Positions 35,461-44,194 of a stretch of DNA of 53,684 nucleotides are shown piece after piece. How positions within the stretch are numbered: position 1 is the stretch's first letter; each line of letters starts with the position of its first letter. Both the position numbers and the translations under genes were made by a program. Where the stretch lies: the NCBI GenBank assembly GCA_964517115.1, contig CAZFBE010000003.1:1-53684 (forward strand), given 5' to 3'. The DNA is from an uncultured bacterium (GTDB taxonomy: Bacteria > UBP7 > UBA6624). The notes beneath the pieces were generated by a model, which was not told the DNA's origin, searched no databases, and was given only the letters and a program-made list of their open reading frames with translations.

Positions 35461-36827
35461 TTCCCATTTAACTCCTGAGCTGCATACCTGAGAGCCTCTC
35501 TCGTATTAGTTATTTTTTCAGAAATCTGTAAGTTTGTTATTTTTTTTAATGTTTTGCCAATTAGTGGTCCTTGCTCGTATCCAATTTGAATTAGATCTTC
35601 TCCATTTAAAAGAGGTTCAGGCATTATTTTTTCTTTTTTTAAAAAAAATGAATCAAATAAAAAATCATGAATTTTTAAGTGATTTTTTGTTAATATTTCT
35701 TTTGAAATCTTTTTTGGATAAGCGCTTGCATCAGCGAGATCCAGGAATATAAAAAACATAGACAATTCTTGTAGATTTCTAAAAAACTTATTGGTTGCTC
35801 TTTTTGTTGGAGTATCATTATTGTTTGCAAGTTGAGAGACTCTTAGGTGATTTGAAATAATAGTCTCAATTCCATTTTTTTCTTCTTTTGAAAATTTTAG
35901 ATTTTCAATATCTTTCTCAATTAAACTGAAGCCAATTTGAGCATGTCTTGGATATGTGGTTTTTTCTCCGTTAATACAGATTGTTTTTGGTTTTCCAATA
36001 TCATGAAGCAAGGCTCCTAGATACATCCACCATTTTGGTTTGTCTAATTTTTCAAAATGTTCTTCCCATGCAGGATAGTATCTTTTCGGACAAGCAATAA
36101 TTTTTTCCAAGTTTTCTAAAGTTTTCAAGGAATGTTCTTCTACATTCATTTTTGAAACTGAATTCGCCTTACATTCTTTGGTTTTTTTCCAAGCTTCAAA
36201 TAAGTTTTCAAAAATTTCTATTTCCATCATTGATTTAGAAAACTCAAACGCATTAATTTCAAATCCTTTCTTCATTTCTCCCCTTATTCTTTCTCCAGGA
36301 AATTGCGTTATAAGGTATTTCTTCTTCGAGATTTGTTTTTTTAAAGAGTCGCTAAGTGAAAAATTATGCTTTAATGCAATTCTTAAAGCTCTCAGGATTC
36401 TTACAGGATCATCTTCTATAGATTCTTTTTTGCAGTAATTTATTTTTTTCTTTTTGATGTCTTCGATACCAGACAAAGGATCAAAAAATCCATTTTTTTT
36501 ATTCCATGCAATTGAATTTAATGTGAAGTCTCTTCTTAAAAGATCTTTTTTTATGTTGTTTTTAAAGTATGTTATGTCAATATTTATTTCATCATCATGG
36601 AATCTGATAGTTTCAAATTTCTTGTTAACCTTGTTTCCTTTTCCATAACTAGCTGTAAACATCTCCGTTATTTCTTCACGATTCTTTATATTTGCTGCAA
36701 TATCTATTTCTTTTACAGGGTTTTTTGAATCTATTAGCATCTCTCTTATCACACCGCCAACAATCCAGGCATCATCTAATTTTGAAAAATTTTCTGGTAT
36801 GTGGTTTTTGATTTTTTTTTCCAGCAT
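35457..36827 (-). CDS. Class II tRNA nucleotidyltransferase with HD domain, probably CC-adding
   Basis: VGGVIRE, EIDIA, DLLRRDFTLN, EDDPVRILRA and LLHDIGKP; the loop between motifs A and B is very short. Confidence 0.88.
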   Translation of the reverse strand: MLEKKIKNHIPENFSKLDDAWIVGGVIREMLIDSKNPVKEIDIAANIKNREEITEMFTASYGKGNKVNKKFETIRFHDDEINIDITYFKNNIKKDLLRRDFTLNSIAWNKKNGFFDPLSGIEDIKKKKINYCKKESIEDDPVRILRALRIALKHNFSLSDSLKKQISKKKYLITQFPGERIRGEMKKGFEINAFEFSKSMMEIEIFENLFEAWKKTKECKANSVSKMNVEEHSLKTLENLEKIIACPKRYYPAWEEHFEKLDKPKWWMYLGALLHDIGKPKTICINGEKTTYPRHAQIGFSLIEKDIENLKFSKEEKNGIETIISNHLRVSQLANNNDTPTKRATNKFFRNLQELSMFFIFLDLADASAYPKKISKEILTKNHLKIHDFLFDSFFLKKEKIMPEPLLNGEDLIQIGYEQGPLIGKTLKKITNLQISEKITNTREALRYAAQELNGK

Positions 36828-36829
36828 TT

Positions 36830-37474
36830 TTAATTAAAAGAAAAAAATGAAATTTCTGTTTTCTTATTAATGATTCTTATTTCATAAACCCATTCATTTT
36901 CCATATCTATAATCCATCCAGGCAGATTTTTTTCAAACCTTGAAAATGCGTCGTTGAGATTACCTTCAAGGGTGCTTTGAGAGAGAGTGCCGTTTTCCCA
37001 AAGGTTATGTGGAGTCGATTTTCCTAAAAAATCCCCACCAAAAGATTTAACTTCATCATAAGTAAGTTTTTTGTCTTTCCCTTTTGTCTCTAAAATTTTT
37101 TTTACTTTCCCAAGAAGCCTTGCAAATGATTGGCCTAAGGGGATTTTTTCCCACTTCTGTCTTTCTGGCTTTGAGAAAATTTTTTCATTTTCAGAATAAA
37201 AATCAATTACTTTTGTTTTTTGATTAAAAAACATTCCCCATTTATTTTTTCCTGCACCTTCTATAGGTTTAGATTTGAGATTTTTGCATCCGATTCTTTC
37301 TCCTGAATTGCTTTTTAAAATAGCAAAGAAAGCAGGAGATTCTCTTAATTGTTCACACTGTTTTGGAGGACTTCCTTCAAATTCAATAAAAGCCTCTATG
37401 AGTGGTTCCATGATAATTATTGCTTCTTGTGTTTTTTCCACGAGCAAAAAGCTTATTAGGAAAATCAATTTCAT
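36830..37474 (-). CDS. Hypothetical protein, possibly exported
   Basis: Fills the gap between mscS and the nucleotidyltransferase. Start reset to ATG 37474 (TAATG overlap with the mscS stop); hydrophobic N-terminus MKLIFLISFLL. Confidence 0.75.
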   Translation of the reverse strand: MKLIFLISFLLVEKTQEAIIIMEPLIEAFIEFEGSPPKQCEQLRESPAFFAILKSNSGERIGCKNLKSKPIEGAGKNKWGMFFNQKTKVIDFYSENEKIFSKPERQKWEKIPLGQSFARLLGKVKKILETKGKDKKLTYDEVKSFGGDFLGKSTPHNLWENGTLSQSTLEGNLNDAFSRFEKNLPGWIIDMENEWVYEIRIINKKTEISFFSFN

Positions 37475-38574
37475 TAATTTTCTTTTGACGAGTCCCAATC
37501 AATTGTTGTTGTTGGGAAGGCAAATTCAAGGCCTAGATTGTTGAATTCTTCTAATATTGTTATGTTGATTTCATGTCTTACTTTCCTTAAGTCTCCTCCG
37601 GATTTTTTCTTAATCCAGTAAACGACTTCAAGATTCAATGACGAATCAGCAAATTCAAGTAAATTGACCCAACATTTGTCTTTTGTTTCGGGGTGTTTCT
37701 TTATTATTTCTTCCAAGGTTTCTTTTGCTTTCTTTATAAGCTCTGTAGGGGTGTCATAAACAAGCCCCAACATTACGTCTTGCCTAAAGCCCGATCTTCT
37801 ACTTCTGTTGGTTATGGTTGCTGAAGAGACTGTAGCATTGGGTATTATGATGGCTGTTTTGTCAAGGCCTCTTAACTTTGTTGATCTAAGACCGATTTCT
37901 TCAACATCACCTCTAACTCCATCTATCTCTACAGAATCTCCAACTTCAAAAGGCCTATCCATGAAAAGAACGATTCCGCCAAAGGCTTGAGCCAAGGTAT
38001 CTTTTGCTGCAAAAGCAAATGCCAAACCTCCAATTCCCAAACCAGCAACAAGCGCTTTAACATCATATCCAAAACCACTTATTATGACCGTTATTGTGAT
38101 TATCCAAATTAACCCACCAGATGAATTTTTTAAAACAGCAATAATTTGATCATCAATTTTTCCTTCGCTCTTTTCCGCAATAGGCTCAAGAACTGTTGCA
38201 AAAATAAAACCAATTAAATGTTTTGCTAAACTTGCTACAGTTATTGAAATAAGCACCAAGAAAATTTTTCCTATCACTTCATCGGCATCTTTAGATATAC
38301 TGATATTTTCAACAACAATCCCTCTTTGTGTTGCCATCAGTATTATGAGATGGGATAGGGGTTTCTCTATTGAAGAAACAACTTTTTCAGCTTCCCCTTT
38401 CCCTTTTTCCTTTAAGTAGGAAATTAATTTCTTGTGAAAAATACCTACAAGGATGACACCTATAAGCCAACCAGAAACAGGGTAAAGTATAAAGTTGTTC
38501 CAGTCCACTTTGCTCCACCAGCTTTCTATCCATGCAAGTTCTAATATTGAATTTAACAAAAAATTTATAGCCAT
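37474..38574 (-). CDS. Small-conductance mechanosensitive channel (MscS family)
   Basis: LVAGLGIGGLAFAFAAKDTLA, DRPFEVGD, GDVEEIGLRST and IPN. Confidence 0.95.
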   Translation of the reverse strand: MAINFLLNSILELAWIESWWSKVDWNNFILYPVSGWLIGVILVGIFHKKLISYLKEKGKGEAEKVVSSIEKPLSHLIILMATQRGIVVENISISKDADEVIGKIFLVLISITVASLAKHLIGFIFATVLEPIAEKSEGKIDDQIIAVLKNSSGGLIWIITITVIISGFGYDVKALVAGLGIGGLAFAFAAKDTLAQAFGGIVLFMDRPFEVGDSVEIDGVRGDVEEIGLRSTKLRGLDKTAIIIPNATVSSATITNRSRRSGFRQDVMLGLVYDTPTELIKKAKETLEEIIKKHPETKDKCWVNLLEFADSSLNLEVVYWIKKKSGGDLRKVRHEINITILEEFNNLGLEFAFPTTTIDWDSSKEN

Positions 38575-38650
38575 TTTACAATTCCTTCCATTTAGTTAAT
38601 TTCTTTAATTCTAAAACCTAATCTTTATTACTGATTGTTATGATTAAATC
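38575..38650. promoter_or_regulatory. Divergent promoter region for mscS and the saccharopine dehydrogenase-like gene
   Basis: TG-N-TATGAT (+, -10 at 38639-38644) lies 6 nt before ATG 38651. On the minus strand, TAGAAT (38608-38613) and an SD-like GAAGGA precede mscS. Confidence 0.55.
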
Positions 38651-39763
38651 ATGTCAAGAGTTTTGATTGTTGGAGCGGGAAGGCAGGGCAGGGCGATTGC
38701 TTACAACTTGTCCTTTGACCATGAAATAATTCTTGTAGATAGAGATTCAGAGAAAATTGAAGATTTCATAATTTTTTCTCAAGAAAATTTTCCTGAAAGT
38801 GCAAGTATACAATTTCAATCTTTAGATGCTTCTAGTCCTAACGAATGGTCTTTGATGTATAAGCCTGAAGGAATTGTTAATTCAGCTTCGTATATGCTTT
38901 CAGAAGAGTTAACTAAATATTCAATAAAAAACAACATCCATTATGTTGATTTAGGGGGAAATCCAGATATTGTTGCCATTCAACACAAGATGAACAATTC
39001 TGCCTTTAAGAAAAAGGTTTCAATTGTTCCTGACTGTGGGCTTGCTCCTGGCTTAGGCCAATTGCTTGCTTCTTATGGCCTGTCAAGGATTCCTAAATCA
39101 AAAAGTGTAAAGATTTATTGTGGGGGATTGCCCAAAAAGCCTTTAAGCAACAATTTTAAGCATTATCTATTTTTTGCTGCTGAAGGTTTGTTGAATGAAT
39201 ATTCTGGGTCAGAAATGATTCTTGAGAATGGAGAACTTAAAGAAAAAGGGTGTTTGTCAGGGAAAGAATCTATAAGTATAGATGGGGTTGGTGATTTTGA
39301 GGCTTCTTTAACCAGAGGGGGGATAAGTACCGCTGCAAGTAGTTTTTATGGTGTTTTGGATAATTACAAATATAAAACATTAAGGTGGCCAGGGCATTGG
39401 GATTTAATGTTCAAATGGAAAGAAGATGGTTTTTTTGAAAAAAATTGGCAAGACAATGCATTAAGTTTTGCAGAAAAAAAACTTGGATCAAAAATACCTA
39501 CATCAAAAGAAGACATGGTGATTCTTCTTGTCAAGGTAGTAGGGGAAAGTTCTGAAATGGAAATTTTGTTAGTTGATGAAAATGATATTGAAACAGGTTT
39601 AACATCCATGGAAAGGACAACTGGTTTTCCTGCCGCTGAAATTATGAGGCTTGCAATCAAGGGAGAGTTGAAAAGTGGGGTTTTAACTCACGAATTAGAC
39701 CTGCCTTCAAAAACGATTTTAAGAAGGTTAGAAAAAACTGGTCTTAAATTTAAAATTAATTAA
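38651..39763 (+). CDS. Saccharopine dehydrogenase / lysine 6-dehydrogenase family protein
   Basis: GAGRQG Rossmann motif, YVDLGG, VPDCGLAPG, YKTLRWPGH and MERTTGFPA. Confidence 0.88.
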   Translation: MSRVLIVGAGRQGRAIAYNLSFDHEIILVDRDSEKIEDFIIFSQENFPESASIQFQSLDASSPNEWSLMYKPEGIVNSASYMLSEELTKYSIKNNIHYVDLGGNPDIVAIQHKMNNSAFKKKVSIVPDCGLAPGLGQLLASYGLSRIPKSKSVKIYCGGLPKKPLSNNFKHYLFFAAEGLLNEYSGSEMILENGELKEKGCLSGKESISIDGVGDFEASLTRGGISTAASSFYGVLDNYKYKTLRWPGHWDLMFKWKEDGFFEKNWQDNALSFAEKKLGSKIPTSKEDMVILLVKVVGESSEMEILLVDENDIETGLTSMERTTGFPAAEIMRLAIKGELKSGVLTHELDLPSKTILRRLEKTGLKFKIN

Positions 39764-41339
39764 AAATATTTTTTTTTCTAATTTTTTTATGATGGCTTAA
39801 TGCAACCCTATGAGCGTCATTTCTTATTCTTATCAATAGGTTATGTCCTGGGGAATTCTTTTTTATCTTGACTTCTTTGAGCGTTTCCCCACTGTAGATT
39901 TTTTCAAATTTTTTAGCAATGCTGATTACAGGTATGTTTAAAAAGCATTTTTCAAGAATTTTTTTAGCTGCTTTTAATTGGGTTATTCCTCCATCAACAA
40001 GAATTAAATCTGGTTGAATTTCACCTTTTATGATTTTTTTGCATCGCCTTGAAATGATTTCAGCAATCATTTTTGGGTCATCTATATTCTTGACAGATTT
40101 AATTTTGTAGTTTCTTGTTAATTTTTTTTCATATTTTCCATTTTTATAGCAAACTTGACTTCCAACTGCATTTTCACCCATTAGATTAGAAATGTCAAAA
40201 CCTTCAATTCTTTCAGGGTTGTATCCAAGATTTAATTTTTTTTCTAACTCTTTTAAAGCTTTTTTCTCTACAGGGTTTTCATTATTTTTTTTAATGAGTA
40301 TATTTTTATAGGATTCATTCATTTTTGTTTTTTCCCATTTGAAGAAAGGGGGTCTTATTTTTGTTTTTGAAAAGAATGTTGACTGTTCAAAAAGATCATC
40401 TTTTTCCCTCTTGAAAGGAATGATGATTTTTTTTGGGATTTTATTTTTTAAATAGTGTTGTTCCATGGCTTTTAGTAAAACATTTTCACGATTTTCAAAA
40501 ATCAGATTTTTGATTTTGTAGATTAATGGATTGAAAAATTTTCCGTTTCTTATTTTTGTAATACTGAATATAGTTTCTGAATCTTTTGAAACCAATGAAA
40601 CTAAATCGGTATTTATGTTTGTCTTCGCGGTATCTTTTTTTGATTTTATGATTGATTTCAAGCTTATTATTTTGTCTCTGTATTGAGCAGCTAATTCATA
40701 GTTTTTCAATTTTGAGGATTTTTTCATTTGTAATTCAAGTATTTCAAAAATATTGTTTTTTTCCCCATTTATAAATTTAATTGCAGATTTAACTATGTTT
40801 TTATAGGCATTTTTATCTATCTTCTTCTCACAAGGAGCCGGACATTGTTTCATCTGGTAATAGATACACGATTTTATTTTTTGTTTTTCCAAGTCGTATC
40901 TGCAAGGTCTAATTCCAAAGTTTTTTTCTAAAAATGAAATAGTTTTTTTGACTGATTTTGAATCAGAAAAAGGTCCAATATATTCTCCATCATCCCTTGA
41001 TGCTCTAGAGAATTTTAAATATGGATATGAATCTTCTACTATCTTTATGTATGGATAACTTTTATCGTCTTTTAAAAGGACATTAAATTTAGGTTTGTAT
41101 ATTTTTATTTCTTCTGATTCAAGGATGAGTGCAGAGTTTTCATTATTTGTAACTGTAAATTCAATTTCCTTTATTAGGGATTTCATTAAGTTTCCTTTTT
41201 TATCTTCTTCCTTTTTTGAGGAAAGCCAATTGGATATCCTTTTTTTTAGGTTTTTTGATTTCCCTATATATATGACTTTTTTATCTTTTGAAATGAATTT
41301 ATAAACCCCTGGAAGATTTGGGATTTTTAATTTTTTCAA
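39756..41339 (-). CDS. uvrC: Excinuclease ABC subunit C lacking the C-terminal HhH domain (TTG start)
   Basis: GIY-YIG (PGVY...IYIGKSKNLKKR), Cys-rich region, UVR (NYELAAQYRD) and RNase H-like (EGFDISN, VDGG). Confidence 0.95.
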   Translation of the reverse strand: MKKLKIPNLPGVYKFISKDKKVIYIGKSKNLKKRISNWLSSKKEEDKKGNLMKSLIKEIEFTVTNNENSALILESEEIKIYKPKFNVLLKDDKSYPYIKIVEDSYPYLKFSRASRDDGEYIGPFSDSKSVKKTISFLEKNFGIRPCRYDLEKQKIKSCIYYQMKQCPAPCEKKIDKNAYKNIVKSAIKFINGEKNNIFEILELQMKKSSKLKNYELAAQYRDKIISLKSIIKSKKDTAKTNINTDLVSLVSKDSETIFSITKIRNGKFFNPLIYKIKNLIFENRENVLLKAMEQHYLKNKIPKKIIIPFKREKDDLFEQSTFFSKTKIRPPFFKWEKTKMNESYKNILIKKNNENPVEKKALKELEKKLNLGYNPERIEGFDISNLMGENAVGSQVCYKNGKYEKKLTRNYKIKSVKNIDDPKMIAEIISRRCKKIIKGEIQPDLILVDGGITQLKAAKKILEKCFLNIPVISIAKKFEKIYSGETLKEVKIKKNSPGHNLLIRIRNDAHRVALSHHKKIRKKNIFN

Positions 41340-41346
41340 GTTTTTT

Positions 41347-44160
41347 CTAATCGTTAAAACCTTGCCATCTTTTTATTTCTTTTGCTGTTGGTGTTTTTGT
41401 TTTCGTTAACTCAGACACCTTTCCTTCGAAGATTATTTTTCCACCTTCCCTTCCTCCCTTTTCTCCCATTTCAATAATCCAGTCTGCATATGATAAAACT
41501 TGTAAATTGTGCTCTATTACCATTAATGTGTTTCCTTGTTTTATTAGTTCGTCGAACACATTTGTTAATTTTTTTATATCATCTGGATGAAGCCCTGTTG
41601 TTGGTTCGTCCAGCAGTATTAAAGACTTTCCTTTTCTGCTTTTTCCAAGATGCTTGGAAAGTTTTAATCTTTGAGCTTCTCCGCCAGAAAGGGTTGTTGC
41701 TGGTTGTCCAAGAGAAATATAACCAAGCCCAACTTCCGAAAGAACTTTAAGTCTTCTTTTGAGTGGAGGGAAGTTGTCAAAAAAGCTTACTGATTCATCA
41801 ACTGAGAGGTTCAGTATTTGAGATATATTTAAACCTTTGTATTTTATCGATAGTGCCTCTTGCCCATATCTTTGACCTTCGCATAATGGACACTTGACAG
41901 ATACGTCTGCTAAAAAATGCATTTCTACTTCTTTATAGCCGCTTCCATTGCAGGACTCGCATCTCCCTCCAGGAACATTGAATGAAAAAAATCCAGCTGT
42001 ATAGCCTTCACTTTGAGATTCTGGAGTTTTTGAAAGTATATTCCTTATTATTGTGAATATATCCGTATATGTTGCCGGATTGCTTCTCGGGGTTCTTCCG
42101 ATTGGAGATTGGTCTATGAGCTCAATTTTTTCATAATTATTTATTCCAATAATCTCATCAGCAATTTCTTTTGAAAGTTTTCCATGATTTTTGATTTCCT
42201 TGTATCCGTTATTTATGACACCTTGAAGAAGGCTGCTTTTTCCAGATCCTGACGGTCCACACAAGACGGTTAAACCCTCAGAGGGTATTGATGTAGATAT
42301 GTTTTTTAAATTATTAACTTTTGCCCGTTTTACTTTTATCCCTTCTTTAAGGGTTCTTTCTTCTTTTTTTATTGAAAACTTTTTATCCAACCACGGCCCT
42401 ATTAAACTTTTCTTATTTTTGATTGATAGTTTTGGGTGACCTTCATAAATTATCTTTCCACCTAAGTGACCTGCCCCAGGGCCTATTTCAATTAGGTGGT
42501 CAGATTCTTTAATAGTTTCAGGGTCATGCTCAACAACAACAACCGTGTTGTTGAGTTTTACCAATGAGTTTAATGATTTTATAAGCTTTTTTGTATCTAT
42601 TGGATGTAGGCCAATCGTTGGCTCATCTAAGACGTAAAGCACACCGGACATTTTTCCCCCAATCTGTTTTGCAAGTTTTATTCTTTTTGACTCTCCTCCA
42701 GAAAGAGTAGATGCGAGTCTATCTATTTCAAGATAACCAACACCCACCTCAATTAAAAATTTAAGTCTGTTTTTCACTTCCCTTAATATGGGTGTAGCAA
42801 TTTTTTTCTCGTTTTTTGAAATTTTTACCTTTTTTGTCCATTTGTATAAATCCTCTAAAGACATTCCTGATATTTCAGAAAACTTTTTTCCAGAAAATCT
42901 TGCAGCTAAAGCTTCGGGCTTAAGGCGTTTCCCTTTACATTCCGGGCATGTTTTTTGAGAGATATATTTTTGTACTCTTTTTTTTATGCTCGGGCTTTTT
43001 GTATTAGACATTTTTTTCCATAGTGCCGAAGAGATTCCTTTTACTCGATGGTTGAAATGGTATTTTCTTCCTCTTCTTGATCTCATTATGTATGAAATTT
43101 TTTCTTCGCCAGACCCATAAACAACTATGTCTAAAATTATTTTTTTAAGGTTCTTTAAAGGTGATGAAGGGTCTTCTCCGAATGATTCGATAATTCCCCT
43201 TGCTGATGCTTGATGCCATCTGTCAAGGAGTCTTTCTTTTAGGGGCCTGATTCCACCTTGTATCAAGCTCTTGTCCCAATTTATTAATGCATTTATGTCA
43301 ACTTGTTCAATAATCCCTATACCTTTGCATTTCTTGCAAGCTCCTTCTGGGGAGTTGAATGAAAAAAACCTTGGATTCAAGGTTGGTATTGTTTTTCCTG
43401 TTTTTGGAGATATAAATAATTCACTATAAATTTCTTGTTTTTTTGTTTTTTGATTTTCTACAATAATTTGACCTTTTCCTTTTTCTAAAGCTGTTTTTAC
43501 AGATCTCGAGATTCTTGCTTGGTCTCCTCCAGATATCAATCTGTCTATAACTAAATCAATATCATGTCTTTTGTTTTTGTCTAAATTTATTTTTTCATCT
43601 AGTCTGTATATGGATTTATCAATTCTTAATCTTGAATAGCCTTCAGTCCTTAGTGCTGTTATTAGGTTTCTGAATTCTCCTTTTTTGCTTTTTTCTATTG
43701 GTGCATAAATTATGTACTTTATTCCGTCTTTATAGTCCAATAACTTTTTTATTATTGATTCTGAATTTTGAGAAATAGCTTTTTTATTTGATTCTGGACA
43801 ATAAGGAATGCCTGCTCTTCCATAAAGAAGCCTTAAAAAATCTAGCAATTCCGTTGCTGTCCCAACTGTAGACCTTGGGTTTTTTGACAAAGGGCTTTGG
43901 TTTATTGCTATTGCTGGGGAAATTCCCTCTATGCTATCTACATTTGCCTTTTTTATATCTCCCAGGAATTGCCTAGCATAAGTCGAGAGGCTCTCAAGGT
44001 AAAGCCTTCTCCCTTCTGAATAAAGGGTATCAAATGCTAAAGATGATTTTCCAGATCCACTTAATCCTGATACAACTGTAAATTTATTTCCGGGTATTTC
44101 AACATCTATATTTTTTAAATTGTGAATTTTTGCACCACGTATAAAAATATTTCTAGACAT
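41347..44160 (-). CDS. uvrA: Excinuclease ABC subunit A
   Basis: Two ABC modules (GLSGSGKSSLAFDT, LSGGE, GPSGSGKSS, LSGGEAQR) and zinc fingers. Confidence 0.98.
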   Translation of the reverse strand: MSRNIFIRGAKIHNLKNIDVEIPGNKFTVVSGLSGSGKSSLAFDTLYSEGRRLYLESLSTYARQFLGDIKKANVDSIEGISPAIAINQSPLSKNPRSTVGTATELLDFLRLLYGRAGIPYCPESNKKAISQNSESIIKKLLDYKDGIKYIIYAPIEKSKKGEFRNLITALRTEGYSRLRIDKSIYRLDEKINLDKNKRHDIDLVIDRLISGGDQARISRSVKTALEKGKGQIIVENQKTKKQEIYSELFISPKTGKTIPTLNPRFFSFNSPEGACKKCKGIGIIEQVDINALINWDKSLIQGGIRPLKERLLDRWHQASARGIIESFGEDPSSPLKNLKKIILDIVVYGSGEEKISYIMRSRRGRKYHFNHRVKGISSALWKKMSNTKSPSIKKRVQKYISQKTCPECKGKRLKPEALAARFSGKKFSEISGMSLEDLYKWTKKVKISKNEKKIATPILREVKNRLKFLIEVGVGYLEIDRLASTLSGGESKRIKLAKQIGGKMSGVLYVLDEPTIGLHPIDTKKLIKSLNSLVKLNNTVVVVEHDPETIKESDHLIEIGPGAGHLGGKIIYEGHPKLSIKNKKSLIGPWLDKKFSIKKEERTLKEGIKVKRAKVNNLKNISTSIPSEGLTVLCGPSGSGKSSLLQGVINNGYKEIKNHGKLSKEIADEIIGINNYEKIELIDQSPIGRTPRSNPATYTDIFTIIRNILSKTPESQSEGYTAGFFSFNVPGGRCESCNGSGYKEVEMHFLADVSVKCPLCEGQRYGQEALSIKYKGLNISQILNLSVDESVSFFDNFPPLKRRLKVLSEVGLGYISLGQPATTLSGGEAQRLKLSKHLGKSRKGKSLILLDEPTTGLHPDDIKKLTNVFDELIKQGNTLMVIEHNLQVLSYADWIIEMGEKGGREGGKIIFEGKVSELTKTKTPTAKEIKRWQGFND

Positions 44161-44180
44161 AATAAATAAAGGTATTTATT
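44161..44180. promoter_or_regulatory. Inverted repeat AATAAATA-AAGG-TATTTATT abutting the uvrA start
   Basis: Perfect 8-4-8 palindrome; on the minus strand TAAAAT (44178-44183) overlaps it. Confidence 0.3.
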
Positions 44181-44194
44181 TTAAAGGTTGTTTT

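Noticed and set aside
38565-38591. 8-codon minus-strand uORF MEGIVKWL overlapping the mscS start and resembling a cold-shock protein N-terminus
   Set aside because: It stops after 8 codons with no RNP motifs in any frame, and its purine-rich part is adequately explained as the mscS SD.
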